NCBI GenBank assembly: GCA_041746575.1
Contig: JBGTGT010000012.1
Span: 12,943-76,942, forward strand
Origin: Microcystaceae cyanobacterium
GTDB lineage: Bacteria; Cyanobacteriota; Cyanobacteriia; Cyanobacteriales; Microcystaceae
Direction of reading: 5' to 3'
Length of the DNA: 64,000 nucleotides
The position numbers and the translations under genes were made by a program. The notes under the pieces are model-generated. The model searched no databases, had not been told where the DNA came from, and was given only the letters and a program-made list of their open reading frames with translations. The first letter of the stretch is position 1; every line of letters starts with the position of its first letter. Positions 11,046 to 22,032 of this stretch are shown here, piece after piece.

Positions 11046-12167
11046 ATGCCAATGGAATTAATGATCGAAGACCTTATGGAGCAACTCGTAGAAATGGGCG
11101 GCTCAGATCTGCACATTCAAGCGGGTGCGCCGATTTATTTCCGAATTAGCGGAAAATTAACCCCCATTGATGACGAAGCCCTCGCTCCTCAAGAATGTCA
11201 AAAGCTAATTTTCAGTATGCTCAATAATACCCAACGCAAAGAATTGGAGCAAAACTGGGAGTTAGACTGTTCCTACGGTGTCAAAGGGTTAGCGCGCTTT
11301 CGGGTGAATGTTTATAAAGAAAGAGGATGTTATGCCGCTTGTTTAAGGGCATTATCCTCTAAAATTCCGAATTTTGAACAATTAGGATTACCCCATGTCA
11401 TTCGGGAAATTGCAGAACGCCCCAGAGGCATGATTCTAGTCACAGGGCAAACGGGATCGGGTAAAACCACCACCTTAGCGGCGATTTTAGACTTAATTAA
11501 CCGTACTCGCGCTGAACACATCTTAACCGTCGAAGATCCGATCGAATACGTGTTTCCTAATGTGAAAAGCCTCTTCCACCAACGGCAAAAAGGAGAAGAT
11601 ACCAAGAGTTTTGCCAATGCTCTCAGAGCCGCCTTACGGGAAGACCCCGATATTATTCTAGTCGGTGAAATGCGGGACTTAGAAACGATTTCTTTGGCGA
11701 TTTCGGCGGCAGAAACGGGTCACCTTGTCTTAGGGACGTTACACACCAGTTCGGCGGCAGGAACAGTAGATCGGATGATTGATGTTTTTCCGGCTAATCA
11801 GCAAGCACAAATTCGTACCATGATTTCTAACTCCCTCCTAGCGGTGTTTGCTCAAGTTTTAGTTAAGAAGAAAAACCCTAAACCCGGTGAGTTTGGCCGT
11901 TGTATGGCCCAAGAAATGATGGTTATTACCCCTGCGATCGCCAACTTAATTCGAGAAGGAAAAGCCCCACAAATCTATTCAGCGATTCAAACGGGATCGA
12001 AATTGGGAATGCAAACCATGGAACAAGCCCTAGCCAATTTAGTGGTATCGGGTTCGGTTGCCTTTGAAGAAGCGATCGCTAAAAGTAGTAAACCTGATGA
12101 ATTACAGCGTCTTGTTGCGGGTGCATCGGGAATAGCAACAAATTCTCGGATGAAAGCCAAAGTTTAA
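11046..12167 (+). CDS. pilT: Type IV pilus retraction ATPase PilT
   Basis: GQTGSGKTTT, ALRAALREDPDIILVGEMRD, AIANLIRE. Confidence 0.96.
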   Translation: MPMELMIEDLMEQLVEMGGSDLHIQAGAPIYFRISGKLTPIDDEALAPQECQKLIFSMLNNTQRKELEQNWELDCSYGVKGLARFRVNVYKERGCYAACLRALSSKIPNFEQLGLPHVIREIAERPRGMILVTGQTGSGKTTTLAAILDLINRTRAEHILTVEDPIEYVFPNVKSLFHQRQKGEDTKSFANALRAALREDPDIILVGEMRDLETISLAISAAETGHLVLGTLHTSSAAGTVDRMIDVFPANQQAQIRTMISNSLLAVFAQVLVKKKNPKPGEFGRCMAQEMMVITPAIANLIREGKAPQIYSAIQTGSKLGMQTMEQALANLVVSGSVAFEEAIAKSSKPDELQRLVAGASGIATNSRMKAKV

Positions 12168-12235
12168 TCAGAATTTGCTGAATTCGAAAATACTATCTGA
12201 TGTCCCCATCTAAAATCTAAAATCAAGTTACTGCT

Positions 12236-13450
12236 ATGCCTACATTTATTGCTCAAGTTAAAGATAGTTCGGGAAAAATCTCCAAGACCAAAGTGGAGGC
12301 TACTTCCACCGAACAAGCCCGCGCCATGCTCAAAGCTCAGTATGTCGCTATTGGTAAAATCCAAAAGTCAGGGATGAATATTGACCTCTCTGGCTTAGAA
12401 TCCCTACTCAGTAAAGTATCCGTTAAAGATAAAGCGATTTTTTCGCGACAATTTTCCGTTATGATTAATGCGGGAGTCGCTATTGTTCGTTGTTTAGGGG
12501 TTTTAGCAGATCAGGCGGCTAAACCAAAAATGAAAAAAGCCCTGCTAGCCATTAGTGCAGAAGTGCAACAAGGGATTACCTTGTCAGAGGCGATGGGAAA
12601 ACACCCTGAGTGTTTTGATGATCTCTATGTCAGTATGGTGGAGGCAGGCGAAACGGGAGGAGTTCTCGATGAAGTTCTCAACCGTTTATCTAAGTTATTA
12701 GAAGATATGGCACGACTGCAAAACCAAATTAAGTCGGCCATGGCTTATCCGGTCACTGTTGGTATTTTAGCGGTACTGGTCTTCTTCGGCATGACGATTT
12801 TCTTGATTCCCATTTTTGGCAAAATTTTTGAGGATCTAGGGGCGCAATTACCTGCTTTAACCCGATTTATGTTATTTCTTAGCGGTGTGATGCGGAGTCC
12901 GATGATTTTAGTGCCGATTGGGGTTTCAATGGGGACGGTTTTTGCCATTAAGCAATATTATAAAACTGAAGCAGGTAGATTACAAATTGACGCGTTGATG
13001 TTGAAACTCCCTTTATTTGGCGATTTAAACGAAAAATCAGCAGTTGCTCGCTTCTGTCGGGTTTTCGGGACGCTTACCCGTTCTGGGGTTTCGATTATGC
13101 AAGCCTTGGATATTGTTTGTAATACGGTTGGTAATAAAGTAATTGCTAATGCGATCGCTGGGGCAAAAGAAGAAATTCAACAGGGGGGGATGATGAGTTT
13201 GGCGTTACAAAAAGCGAATGTCTTTCCGGCTTTAGCAATTCAAATGATGAGTATTGGTGAAGAAACGGGAGAATTAGACGCCATGATGATGAAAGTAGCG
13301 GATTTTTATGAAGATGAAGTGGAACAAGCGGTCAAAGCACTCACCAGTATCATTGAACCCTTAATGATGGTGGGAATTGCCGTCATGGTTGCGGTCATTT
13401 TGTTGTCTATGTATTTACCGATGTTCTCGATCTTCGATCAACTGGCTTAA
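12236..13450 (+). CDS. pilC: Type IV pilus platform protein PilC (GspF family)
   Basis: FSRQFSVMINAGV, AGETGG.LDEVL, SAMAYP, IGEETGELD. Confidence 0.96.
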   Translation: MPTFIAQVKDSSGKISKTKVEATSTEQARAMLKAQYVAIGKIQKSGMNIDLSGLESLLSKVSVKDKAIFSRQFSVMINAGVAIVRCLGVLADQAAKPKMKKALLAISAEVQQGITLSEAMGKHPECFDDLYVSMVEAGETGGVLDEVLNRLSKLLEDMARLQNQIKSAMAYPVTVGILAVLVFFGMTIFLIPIFGKIFEDLGAQLPALTRFMLFLSGVMRSPMILVPIGVSMGTVFAIKQYYKTEAGRLQIDALMLKLPLFGDLNEKSAVARFCRVFGTLTRSGVSIMQALDIVCNTVGNKVIANAIAGAKEEIQQGGMMSLALQKANVFPALAIQMMSIGEETGELDAMMMKVADFYEDEVEQAVKALTSIIEPLMMVGIAVMVAVILLSMYLPMFSIFDQLA

Positions 13451-13477
13451 AAGTTACAAGATTTCAGCATTTTACTC

Positions 13478-14065
13478 TTGAAGATCATGACCTTTCATTC
13501 CTCAGATTACGAAAATTTTTTAGCGCAGTATAGCAGTCGAACAGAAGCGATCTCACTTTTACGGCAACATCGCCCCTATTTTGAATTAATTCCTAGTTTG
13601 CGTCGTCCTGAAGATAGTCTAATCACAATTCCGCTTCCGATTGTTCGTTTACGTCATAGTCATCCCTCTGTCAGTGATGCTTTTAAAACGATTTCTACAA
13701 GAGAAACGTTGGCTTTGCCCAGTGATTTAGCGATCATTATGTGTGATCCGGAGTGGAAAATTAGGCTAGGGGCGGAGATTTTTTTGTTTATTCAGCGTCT
13801 GGATGAGGATTTCTCCCACTTACTCAGTCGCTGGCGACGGGTGCAGGTATTGCTCGATCAAGAATATGAATGGGTGATGCCGTTAAAGGAATCCTATATG
13901 TTTAGTGAAGGAGCAGACAAAATTTACCCTTTATTTATCATTTTTGAGGAAAAGCCTTTAAGAATTCGTAAAGGACTATCAGGGGCTTGTCTTCCTTTTA
14001 TTATCCATTCATTTCAAACTTCATCTGTATTAGAGAATCCAGAGGTTACCCTTAATGAGTTTTAA
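13478..14065 (+). CDS. Conserved cyanobacterial hypothetical protein
   Basis: 195-aa ORF after pilC with normal composition (IIMCDPEWKI); start may be the ATG at 13487. Confidence 0.7.
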   Translation: MKIMTFHSSDYENFLAQYSSRTEAISLLRQHRPYFELIPSLRRPEDSLITIPLPIVRLRHSHPSVSDAFKTISTRETLALPSDLAIIMCDPEWKIRLGAEIFLFIQRLDEDFSHLLSRWRRVQVLLDQEYEWVMPLKESYMFSEGADKIYPLFIIFEEKPLRIRKGLSGACLPFIIHSFQTSSVLENPEVTLNEF

Positions 14066-14086
14066 AGATTGAGGACTCAAAAAGCG

Positions 14087-15541
14087 TTATTGACGATACC
14101 AAGTGGTGATTCCTCCCATCTGATCGATTAAGGTAATCCCTTGAGAGGCTAATTCATCGCGAATACGATCGCTTTCTGCATAATTCTTGGCTTCTCTGGC
14201 TTCTGTTCGTTGTTGAATCAATTTTTCAATGGCTTCTTCTTCAATTTGTCCTTTTTTTTCAATTTTTATCGGCTTGTCGAAATCAAGATTAAAGCCTAAA
14301 ACGTCGGCAAGAATCCGTAAGGTTTGCCATTGTTCTTGCAATTGTGTAGCAGAAAGGTCTGTTTTACCTTGATGGGTTAATAAATTGCCTTCTTTGCGTA
14401 GTTCTTTGGCAATTTCAAATAAAATCGCTAACCCTCCGGCAAAGTTAAAGTCATCGTCGACGGACGATTGAAAGCGTTGGGTTAATGAATTGGGCTTCAA
14501 GGGCGGCAAATCGGCTAAATTCCAGCCTATTTTCTCACCATGCTCATAACCAAAGGTCAAGCCTTCTGCTAAGGTATGCCAGCCATTGGTTGCAGCCATT
14601 AAAGCTTCATCGGTGAAATCAACGGGTTTGCGGTAATGGGCTTGTAGAATAAATAATCGGACAGCCATTGGCTGAGCTTTTAGCAATAAATCACGAATTG
14701 TGGTAAAATTCCCTAAGGATTTTGACATTTTCTCACCGTCTACTTTAACCATGCCATTATGTAGCCAATATTTAGCTAAAGCTTGTCCGTTTGCCCCTTC
14801 CGATTGAGCAATTTCATTTTCATGATGGGGGAAAATTAAGTCGCTCCCACCTACATGAAGGTCAATCGTCGTCCCTAAACAGTCTCTAACCATCGCTGAA
14901 CATTCGATGTGCCATCCTGGGCGACCTTTTCCCCAAGGGGAATCCCAAGCGGGTTCATCGGGTTTGGCCGCTTTCCAGAGGGCAAAATCAAAGGGATCTT
15001 GTTTTTTAAGTTCTTCTGGATTAGTTTCTACTCTACCGCTTGCACCTGCTTGTAAATCTTCCAATTTGCGACCTGAAAGTTTACCATATTCCGAAAAACG
15101 ACGGACAGCATAGTAAACATCCCCTTGAGCGGCATAAGCGTATCCTTTTGCTTCCAGTTCGCTCACTAAGCGTTTAATTCCATCAAGAGTATGGGTGGCA
15201 CGAGGATAACTATCGGCCGGCTGAATGGCTAAGCTTTCCATATCTTCGAAATAGGCTTTAATAAAGCGTTCAGATACAGATTCCATGGATGTGCTTTCTG
15301 CTTTTGCACGATTGAGGATTTTATCGTCAATATCAGTAAAATTCTGAATATAACTCACGTCATAACCTCGCCATTGTAGGTAACGACGCACTCCATCCCA
15401 GACTAAACACGTCCGCGCATGACCTAAATGACAATAGTCGTAAACGGTAATCCCACAACAATACATCTTGACTTTGTGCGATTCAAGGGGTTCAAAGGGT
15501 TCTTTGCGGCGGGTTAAAGTGTTATAGACAGTTAAGGTCAT
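14087..15541 (-). CDS. cysS: Cysteine--tRNA ligase
   Basis: [35 protein letters not shown]. Confidence 0.97.
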   Translation of the reverse strand: MTLTVYNTLTRRKEPFEPLESHKVKMYCCGITVYDYCHLGHARTCLVWDGVRRYLQWRGYDVSYIQNFTDIDDKILNRAKAESTSMESVSERFIKAYFEDMESLAIQPADSYPRATHTLDGIKRLVSELEAKGYAYAAQGDVYYAVRRFSEYGKLSGRKLEDLQAGASGRVETNPEELKKQDPFDFALWKAAKPDEPAWDSPWGKGRPGWHIECSAMVRDCLGTTIDLHVGGSDLIFPHHENEIAQSEGANGQALAKYWLHNGMVKVDGEKMSKSLGNFTTIRDLLLKAQPMAVRLFILQAHYRKPVDFTDEALMAATNGWHTLAEGLTFGYEHGEKIGWNLADLPPLKPNSLTQRFQSSVDDDFNFAGGLAILFEIAKELRKEGNLLTHQGKTDLSATQLQEQWQTLRILADVLGFNLDFDKPIKIEKKGQIEEEAIEKLIQQRTEAREAKNYAESDRIRDELASQGITLIDQMGGITTWYRQ

Positions 15542-15584
15542 CTTCGACTAGGGAGTTATCGGCTTAGTTTCATGGCTTAATTAT

Positions 15585-15630
15585 ATCGGAATAGGCTGAT
15601 GCTATTAATCGGAATAGGCTGATGCTATTA
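15585..15630. repeat. Perfect 23-bp tandem duplication upstream of cysS
   Basis: ATCGGAATAGGCTGATGCTATTA x2 (15585-15607, 15608-15630). Confidence 0.9.
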
Positions 15631-15830
15631 AAAAGTAACGGTTTTCTGGCAATGATCAGGTTATTTTTCTATCAAATTCCAAAGATCAAATGATCGCTTT
15701 GCCAAAAATAGGGAGAACATTGCTCATTTTTCTCCCTCAAAACTTTAAAAATAAGATATGTCACGATGCTTAGTGAGCGATCGCAGAAACGTTCATTCTT
15801 CGCTCGGCATCTAGGTTGAACGATTTACAG

Positions 15831-17270
15831 TTATGTGTCATCTAAGTTAGTTTGATGATGATCTTTCGGCAATAACCAGTTAAGCAGAATGGCGGCTAAT
15901 CCTCCGGTAGAAATTCCTGAAGAAAATAAGCTTTTAATAATCATCGGTTTATCATTAAAGATTTCAGGCACAAAGGTGACGCCTAAGCCTAATGCTAATG
16001 CCACTGAAACAATTATTAAAGAGCGACGACCGACTTCTTCAGAAGACGCAATGATGTTGATACCTGCCACTGCAATTGAGCCAAAAATTACGATGGTTGC
16101 CCCTCCCAAAACGGGTTGCGGTAATCCTTGAAAGAAGCCACCAATAATCGGAATTAACCCTAAAAAAGCCAAGATGCCAGCAATATAAAACCCAACATAA
16201 CGACTACCCACTCCTGTCATTTGAATTACGCCATTATTTTGACTAAAAGTAGTATTGGGAAAGGTATTAAAACACGCGGCGATAAGAGAATTAAAGCCAT
16301 CGCCTAACACGCCTCCTTTAATGCGACGGATGTAGATACTGCCTTCAATCGGTTCTTTAGAAACGGCGGAGGTTGCTGTTAAGTCGCCAATAGTTTCAAT
16401 GGTAGTAATAATATACAGAAGAATGAAAGGAAGAAAAGCAGACCATTCAAAACTCATGCCAAAGCGAAAGGGAACAGGTAAAGAAAATAGGGGCAAATTA
16501 GCGATACTATTAAAATTTACCATTCCTAAGGCCATTGAAATGAGATAACCAACTATTAACCCGATGAAAATTGCCCCCATTCTTAGATACTTATTTTTAT
16601 TCAAATTCAGCACAATAATAATCAACATGACCAGTCCTCCTAACGCTAAATTCATCGGACTGCCAAATGTTCCATTTTTCTGGGCAATTACCCCCCCTGC
16701 TAAACTGGTCATTCCCACTTTAATTAAAGTTAAGCCAATAATGGTAATGACTGTTCCTGTGACTAGGGGGGTGATAATTTTCTTGGTTAAATGTAAAAAA
16801 CGACTTAAGAAAATTTCGACAAATGATCCCAAAAAGCAACAACCAAAAATTAAGGCTAGGGCTTGTTGCGGGGTTCTTCCTGCTTCAAGATTTGCCGCAC
16901 CAATAGCCAGAATTGGACCTAAAAAGGTAAAACTTGTGCCTTGTAAACTGAGTAATCCAGAACCAATCGGCCCAATTCTTTTAGACTGAATAAACGTCGC
17001 AATCCCCGAAATAAACAGGGACATACTAATAATAAAACTGGTGTCGGCAGCCTCTAAACCAAGGGCGTTACAAATGATCAACGGTGGGGTGATAATACCG
17101 ACAAAAGAAGCCATCACGTGCTGAAAAGCAACTAATAACGCTTCAGGAGGATGGGGTCTATCATTAAGTCCATAAACTAAATCCGCATACACTTTTGGAA
17201 CGGATGGTACGGGAGATTTTGGAGTTACTTCAGGGGTTTCTAAAATTAAATCAGAATTGGTTTGTTCCAT
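15831..17270 (-). CDS. NCS2/NAT-family xanthine/urate permease
   Basis: QH motif in TM1 and NAT signature TTFSQNNGVIQMTG; multi-TM. Confidence 0.93.
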   Translation of the reverse strand: MEQTNSDLILETPEVTPKSPVPSVPKVYADLVYGLNDRPHPPEALLVAFQHVMASFVGIITPPLIICNALGLEAADTSFIISMSLFISGIATFIQSKRIGPIGSGLLSLQGTSFTFLGPILAIGAANLEAGRTPQQALALIFGCCFLGSFVEIFLSRFLHLTKKIITPLVTGTVITIIGLTLIKVGMTSLAGGVIAQKNGTFGSPMNLALGGLVMLIIIVLNLNKNKYLRMGAIFIGLIVGYLISMALGMVNFNSIANLPLFSLPVPFRFGMSFEWSAFLPFILLYIITTIETIGDLTATSAVSKEPIEGSIYIRRIKGGVLGDGFNSLIAACFNTFPNTTFSQNNGVIQMTGVGSRYVGFYIAGILAFLGLIPIIGGFFQGLPQPVLGGATIVIFGSIAVAGINIIASSEEVGRRSLIIVSVALALGLGVTFVPEIFNDKPMIIKSLFSSGISTGGLAAILLNWLLPKDHHQTNLDDT

Positions 17271-17331
17271 GTTTTTAGGTCAATGAAAATGACAATAATT
17301 AAGAATTAATTAACAGTCGAATCGCAAATAT

Positions 17332-18501
17332 TTAGTGCATAGGACCGGCTAAGATAACTTTAGCGATCGCTTCTCTGACTTCGTGAGGATCTTCAACGGC
17401 TAATTGGTCGTACCATCTTTGGGTAACCGTTGGATCTTTTCCATGGATTTGTTCTGCCCGTTTTCGTGCTTTTTGGACGACAGCACCGGTTCTTTCTTTG
17501 CGTTCCTTTTCATAACGCTTTAGGGCGTCTTCAATCCCCAGATTAGTGGTCAACAAGTAGTGAGTAAGCACCACTCCATCTTCCATGGCTTGACATCCTC
17601 CTTGACCGAGGTCTGGGCAGGTAGCATGACCAGAATCGCCAATAAGAGCAACTTTACCTCGTACAAGACTTTTCAAGGGGCCAACGTCGTGAATTTCAGG
17701 GCGTGCAACCTGATAAGGGTCAATTTGTTCAATTAAATTTTGAACCGGTTTTGCCCACCCAGCAAAGTGTTCTTTAAGTTGAGCTTGATAATTTTCAGGT
17801 TCGGCGGCTGTTCCTTTGGGCAGAGGAACGTCAAAAAAGAAATAAAATCGATCTCGTGCCACGGGCATCAGCGATGCTCTTTGATGATCCCCTACATAAA
17901 TTACCCAGCTATTTTTGGGAGCTAAATCCTCATGGGCGGGTACCAGTCCATTCCAGTTGGTGTAACCGCCATATTTAGGCGAAACTTCCTCTCCTAAGAC
18001 ATAGGTTCGCAAAATTGAGTGAATTCCATCAGCCGCTATTATCAGATCCCCTGTTGATTGGTGTCCATTTTCAAAGGTTGCCGTTACGTCTTTTTCGTTT
18101 TCCTCAACACCCATACATTTATGGTTTAAATGAATGTTAACGCCATAGGATTCTAAATGCGTTTGTAACATAGATTGTAAGTCTGCCCTAGCAACGGGAT
18201 AGGGACGTTGACCGACGGTACTAATGAGGGGATAGAGGTCAATCTGACTAAGCAATTGACCGCTCGCATTGCGATATTCCATGTAGTCCATGATTCCGCC
18301 AATTTTAGCCATTTTTTCGCCTAAACCAAGACGATTAAGCACTTTGACGCCGTTTGACCATAGGGAAATCCCTGCGCCGACGGGACGTAATTCCTTAACG
18401 CGATCATAAATCTCGATCTCGAATCCTGCTTGTTTTAGGGCAATTCCGGCGGTTAATCCCCCAATCCCTGCACCAATAATGACGATTTTTAATCCATTCA
18501 T
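17332..18501 (-). CDS. hpxO: FAD-dependent urate hydroxylase
   Basis: GAGIGGL, GAGISLWSNGVK, GQRPYPVARADLQ, ADGIHS, GDSGHATCPDLGQGGCQAMED; next to a purine permease. Confidence 0.88.
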   Translation of the reverse strand: MNGLKIVIIGAGIGGLTAGIALKQAGFEIEIYDRVKELRPVGAGISLWSNGVKVLNRLGLGEKMAKIGGIMDYMEYRNASGQLLSQIDLYPLISTVGQRPYPVARADLQSMLQTHLESYGVNIHLNHKCMGVEENEKDVTATFENGHQSTGDLIIAADGIHSILRTYVLGEEVSPKYGGYTNWNGLVPAHEDLAPKNSWVIYVGDHQRASLMPVARDRFYFFFDVPLPKGTAAEPENYQAQLKEHFAGWAKPVQNLIEQIDPYQVARPEIHDVGPLKSLVRGKVALIGDSGHATCPDLGQGGCQAMEDGVVLTHYLLTTNLGIEDALKRYEKERKERTGAVVQKARKRAEQIHGKDPTVTQRWYDQLAVEDPHEVREAIAKVILAGPMH

Positions 18502-18655
18502 TCGGTTGGTTGAACCTCCTTAGAACCCATCGTTGTAAAATGTATAATTAGTCACCGAAAAGCGACGAAGACTCTTCTTGGTTATTGCTGTTTTTGGGCT
18601 TAGACTCGTCAGGAATCCTGTTAAGCATTCGGTACCCGATCCAGTCCAAAACTTT

Positions 18656-18669
18656 TGTATACTGTATAC
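18656..18669. promoter_or_regulatory. Putative GntR/FadR-type operator between hpxO and the divergent gntR
   Basis: TGTATAC-T-GTATAC dyad in the divergent promoter region. Confidence 0.55.
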
Positions 18670-18805
18670 GGATAACCTTTAAAGAAATGTATTGAGTCAT
18701 ACCATTTTTGGACGCCCGAAGGAGAATTTTCGCTCTGCTTTTTGAGATTCATAAAAGCCGCTAATTAGGAAGCATTTAAGCATAAAGGTTTAAAGGAGAA
18801 CAATT

Positions 18806-19495
18806 TTGTCCCTATCTTCTTATATTGTGCAACGTAATCAATCTTTACAGGAGCAAGCGTACCAAGCACTTCGTACAGCTATTTTATCTGGAGAATTAGC
18901 ACCTGCCGAACGCTTAATTGAAACTCAACTCTCGAAAAAATTGCAGATGAGTCGAACACCGATTCGGGAGGCGTTACGCCAGTTACAGCAGGAAGATTTG
19001 GTGGTTTGTGGGGACAATAACGTCTTACAGGTGGTTCAGTTTTCGAGCAATGATGCCATCCAATTATATGACTGTCGCTTAGCCTTAGAACAGTTAGCGG
19101 TTACCCAAGGGTGTCAGCAGATTACGCCCGCCCAATTGGAGCGTCTTCAGCAAATGTTAGCGCAATCGAAAAAACTCAGTCAAGTTCCTCCGACTTCTCA
19201 ATTAACGGATTTTCAAATGTTGGATCTAGATTATCGTTTTCATCGTTTATTAGCAGAAAGTTCGGGGAATTTGTGGTTGCGATCGCTTCTTGATCAAGTC
19301 TTTGATAAAATGATGGTCATTCGAGTACATACTTTGCAGAAAAATCGTCAAGTTTTGAATATTTATAGCGAGCATCAACGGATTTATGAGGCCATTGCTG
19401 AAGGAAACGTAGAAAAAGCCATTATGACGATTACAGAGCATTTAACAACCGCGAAAGCGCGTGTGGTTGCTGAAATGGCAAAAATCACCGATTAA
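18806..19495 (+). CDS. GntR family (FadR/FCD) transcriptional regulator
   Basis: wHTH SRTPIREAL plus FCD domain (D.RFH, EHQRIYEAI); TTG start. Confidence 0.93.
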   Translation: MSLSSYIVQRNQSLQEQAYQALRTAILSGELAPAERLIETQLSKKLQMSRTPIREALRQLQQEDLVVCGDNNVLQVVQFSSNDAIQLYDCRLALEQLAVTQGCQQITPAQLERLQQMLAQSKKLSQVPPTSQLTDFQMLDLDYRFHRLLAESSGNLWLRSLLDQVFDKMMVIRVHTLQKNRQVLNIYSEHQRIYEAIAEGNVEKAIMTITEHLTTAKARVVAEMAKITD

Positions 19496-19502
19496 TTCAA
19501 AA

Positions 19503-19587
19503 CGGAGAGGGTGGGATTTGAACCCACGGACTGTTGCCAGTCACTCGATTTCAAGTCGAGCGCGATCGACCACTCTGCCACCTCTCC
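19503..19587 (-). tRNA. tRNA-Ser(UGA)
   Basis: Reverse complement GGAGAGGTGGCAGAGTGG...CTCGA-CT-TGA-AA-TCGAG, long variable arm, GGTTCAAATCCCACCCTCTCCG; 85 nt. Confidence 0.96.
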
Positions 19588-19836
19588 TAGCGGATAGCAG
19601 CTTTTATTCTATCAAACGATTTCAAAAATGCGATCATTGCTCGGGGGTTTTCCGATCACCAATTCAATTTCTTAAATAAATCCGTAAACTCAGACCATCC
19701 CCCCTATTTAACTTAATAATAACCATAGACAGCACCATCTATTGTCTTTTTGTCAAAGCAAAAGTCAGGGATCAAAAGAAGAACTGCCGAAAAATCGGTT
19801 AATAGTCACAGATTAGCACTGTAAATGAGGTAAAAA

Positions 19837-21321
19837 ATGGGAAAACCAACGGGATTTATGGAATATCTCCGAGAAGTTGCGGAAGAGATTACCCCTAGCG
19901 ATCGCATTCACAACTGGGACGAATTTCACCTTCCGATGACAGAAGAAGCGATTCGTCAGCAAGGGGCGCGTTGTATGGATTGCGGGACTCCCTTTTGTCA
20001 TACGGGAACAATTATCGGCGGCATGGCCAGTGGTTGTCCGATTAATAACTTAATTCCGGAATGGAATGACCTTGTTTATCGTGGATTATGGCAAGAAGCC
20101 TTAGATCGTCTTCATAAAACCAACAATTTTCCTGAATTTACTAGTCGGGTTTGTCCTGCCCCCTGTGAAGGATCTTGCGTTTTAGGCATTACCAGCCCCC
20201 CTATTACCATCAAAAATATTGAATACTCTATCAGTGAAAAAGGATGGGAATCCGGCTGGATTAAAGCAGATTCCCCTGAAAAGCGAACAGGAAAGCGAGT
20301 TGCCGTTGTGGGTTCAGGCCCAGCCGGTTTATGCGCCGCCGATCAGCTAAATACGGCTGGTCATTGGGTTACCGTGTTTGAACGGGCAGATCGCCCCGGT
20401 GGATTACTGATGTATGGGATTCCCAACATGAAATTAGATAAGCAAAAAGTCGTTTTACGACGTATTCAACTGCTAGAAGAAGAGGGGGTTCAATTTATTT
20501 GTAATACGGAGATTGGTAAAGATTTACCCGCCGAAAAGCTATTAACTGAGTTTGATGCGGTCGTCCTTTGTACAGGGGCAACTCGACCGCGAGATCTAAA
20601 GATTGAAGGGCGAGAATTGAAAGGTATTCACTTTGCCATGGAATTTTTGACTGAAAATACAAAATCGCTTTTGGATGGTAACCGTAACGGTCATTTTATC
20701 TCCGCCGAAGGTAAAGATGTGGTCATTATTGGCGGAGGAGATACGGGAACCGACTGTGTAGGAACTTCCCTGCGACAGGGTTGCCAAAGCGTCACTCAAC
20801 TGGAAATCATGCCCCAACCGCCTTTAGAACGCGCCCCCAATAACCCATGGCCGGAGTGGCCGAAGATTTACCGCATGGATTACGGACAAGAGGAGGCAGC
20901 AAAGAAATTTGGTCAAGATCCTCGCGTTTATTTGACCACAGCGACTAGATTTGAAGGAGACGAACAAGGGGCAGTTACAGCAGTTCATACCGTGGTGGTT
21001 GAGTGGACAAAAGATGAACAAGGGCGATTTATCCCCAATCCTGTGGCTGGAACTGAAAAAGTGATTCCAACCCAGTTAATTCTCTTGGCTATGGGCTTTT
21101 TGGGGCCAGAACAACCCCTCCTTGAAGCATTAAGTTTAGAAACCGATGCCCGCAGTAATATCAAGGCCACCGAAGGCAAGTATCTCACGGGTTTGCCCGG
21201 TGTCTTTGCAGCAGGAGATTGTCGTCGAGGTCAAAGTTTAGTCGTCTGGGCATTTAAAGAAGGTCGAGAGGCGGCCAGAGAATGCGATCGCTATTTGATG
21301 GGTAATACCGATTTGCCTTAA
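19837..21321 (+). CDS. gltD: NADH-dependent glutamate synthase small subunit
   Basis: [57 protein letters not shown]. Confidence 0.96.
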   Translation: MGKPTGFMEYLREVAEEITPSDRIHNWDEFHLPMTEEAIRQQGARCMDCGTPFCHTGTIIGGMASGCPINNLIPEWNDLVYRGLWQEALDRLHKTNNFPEFTSRVCPAPCEGSCVLGITSPPITIKNIEYSISEKGWESGWIKADSPEKRTGKRVAVVGSGPAGLCAADQLNTAGHWVTVFERADRPGGLLMYGIPNMKLDKQKVVLRRIQLLEEEGVQFICNTEIGKDLPAEKLLTEFDAVVLCTGATRPRDLKIEGRELKGIHFAMEFLTENTKSLLDGNRNGHFISAEGKDVVIIGGGDTGTDCVGTSLRQGCQSVTQLEIMPQPPLERAPNNPWPEWPKIYRMDYGQEEAAKKFGQDPRVYLTTATRFEGDEQGAVTAVHTVVVEWTKDEQGRFIPNPVAGTEKVIPTQLILLAMGFLGPEQPLLEALSLETDARSNIKATEGKYLTGLPGVFAAGDCRRGQSLVVWAFKEGREAARECDRYLMGNTDLP

Positions 21322-21392
21322 CTAGCATGGTCATTAAGGTGTTAGGTGTTAGGTTTTGAATGATTCAATTTAAACCTCGTCCCTTACACCTT

Positions 21393-21911
21393 TTATTGAA
21401 TCAAATAACTTGACCACTGCGGTTCAGCTTGTATATCTTTGACTTCTCGTCGTAAAAGTCGCCATGTTTTCCCTTCTGCTTGGCGTTGCAAATAAATATC
21501 AAAGGGGTTTTGGCGTTGGGTAACTTCTTGATGGGGTAATTTCAGCTTCAGGCGATACGTTCCGGTTAGGTGATAGGCCGCTAAATCTTCAATAAAAACA
21601 GGTTCGTTTTGTTTGACCTGAATTTTACTAATTTCTAGAATGGGAACAGAGGTATTTAACTGTTGACTCAATCGTTCTTCGGTTTTAGATAATTGTAGAG
21701 CGATCGCTTTTTGGACAATTTCCCCATCTGGCGTCAATTCAGTGGGAGGGGTAGCCGTCTGGCAGGCTGTTAACCCTATCGTCAAAACTATCATTAAAAA
21801 GAACGGTATTAAACGATTGAATCTCAATTGACTGAGCACACAGGATTGATCAAAACAGGCAAAAGAAAAAGCGGATAAGTCAATTTTGACCTTCAGATTG
21901 AGGATGGACAT
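21393..21911 (-). CDS. Hypothetical lipoprotein
   Basis: Hydrophobic stretch ending in the lipobox-like LTAC; start uncertain. Confidence 0.65.
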   Translation of the reverse strand: MSILNLKVKIDLSAFSFACFDQSCVLSQLRFNRLIPFFLMIVLTIGLTACQTATPPTELTPDGEIVQKAIALQLSKTEERLSQQLNTSVPILEISKIQVKQNEPVFIEDLAAYHLTGTYRLKLKLPHQEVTQRQNPFDIYLQRQAEGKTWRLLRREVKDIQAEPQWSSYLIQ

Positions 21912-22032
21912 AAATAGAACCGTTATTTAAGGAAAGTTAAAACTTCTGGTGATTTTATTACTTTTAATGTCAAAATTATTATATGGCATTGCGTTCCTTT
22001 TTCTCTCTCTTTTTTGGTCTTGTGTAAACTGT

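Noticed and set aside
18502..18655. Purine/xanthine riboswitch in the hpxO leader
   Set aside because: Only small hairpins; I recognise no riboswitch consensus. An Rfam scan would settle it.
18657..18669. NtcA site upstream of hpxO
   Set aside because: The spacing is GTA-N7-TAC, not GTA-N8-TAC; it fits a GntR-type dyad better.
19503..19587. Integrative element at tRNA-Ser (or at tRNA-Arg, 60412)
   Set aside because: No integrase and no duplicated tRNA 3' end seen in the window.
21337..21356. AGGTGTT heptamer repeat after gltD
   Set aside because: Only about two copies of a common type of cyanobacterial short tandem repeat; uninformative.
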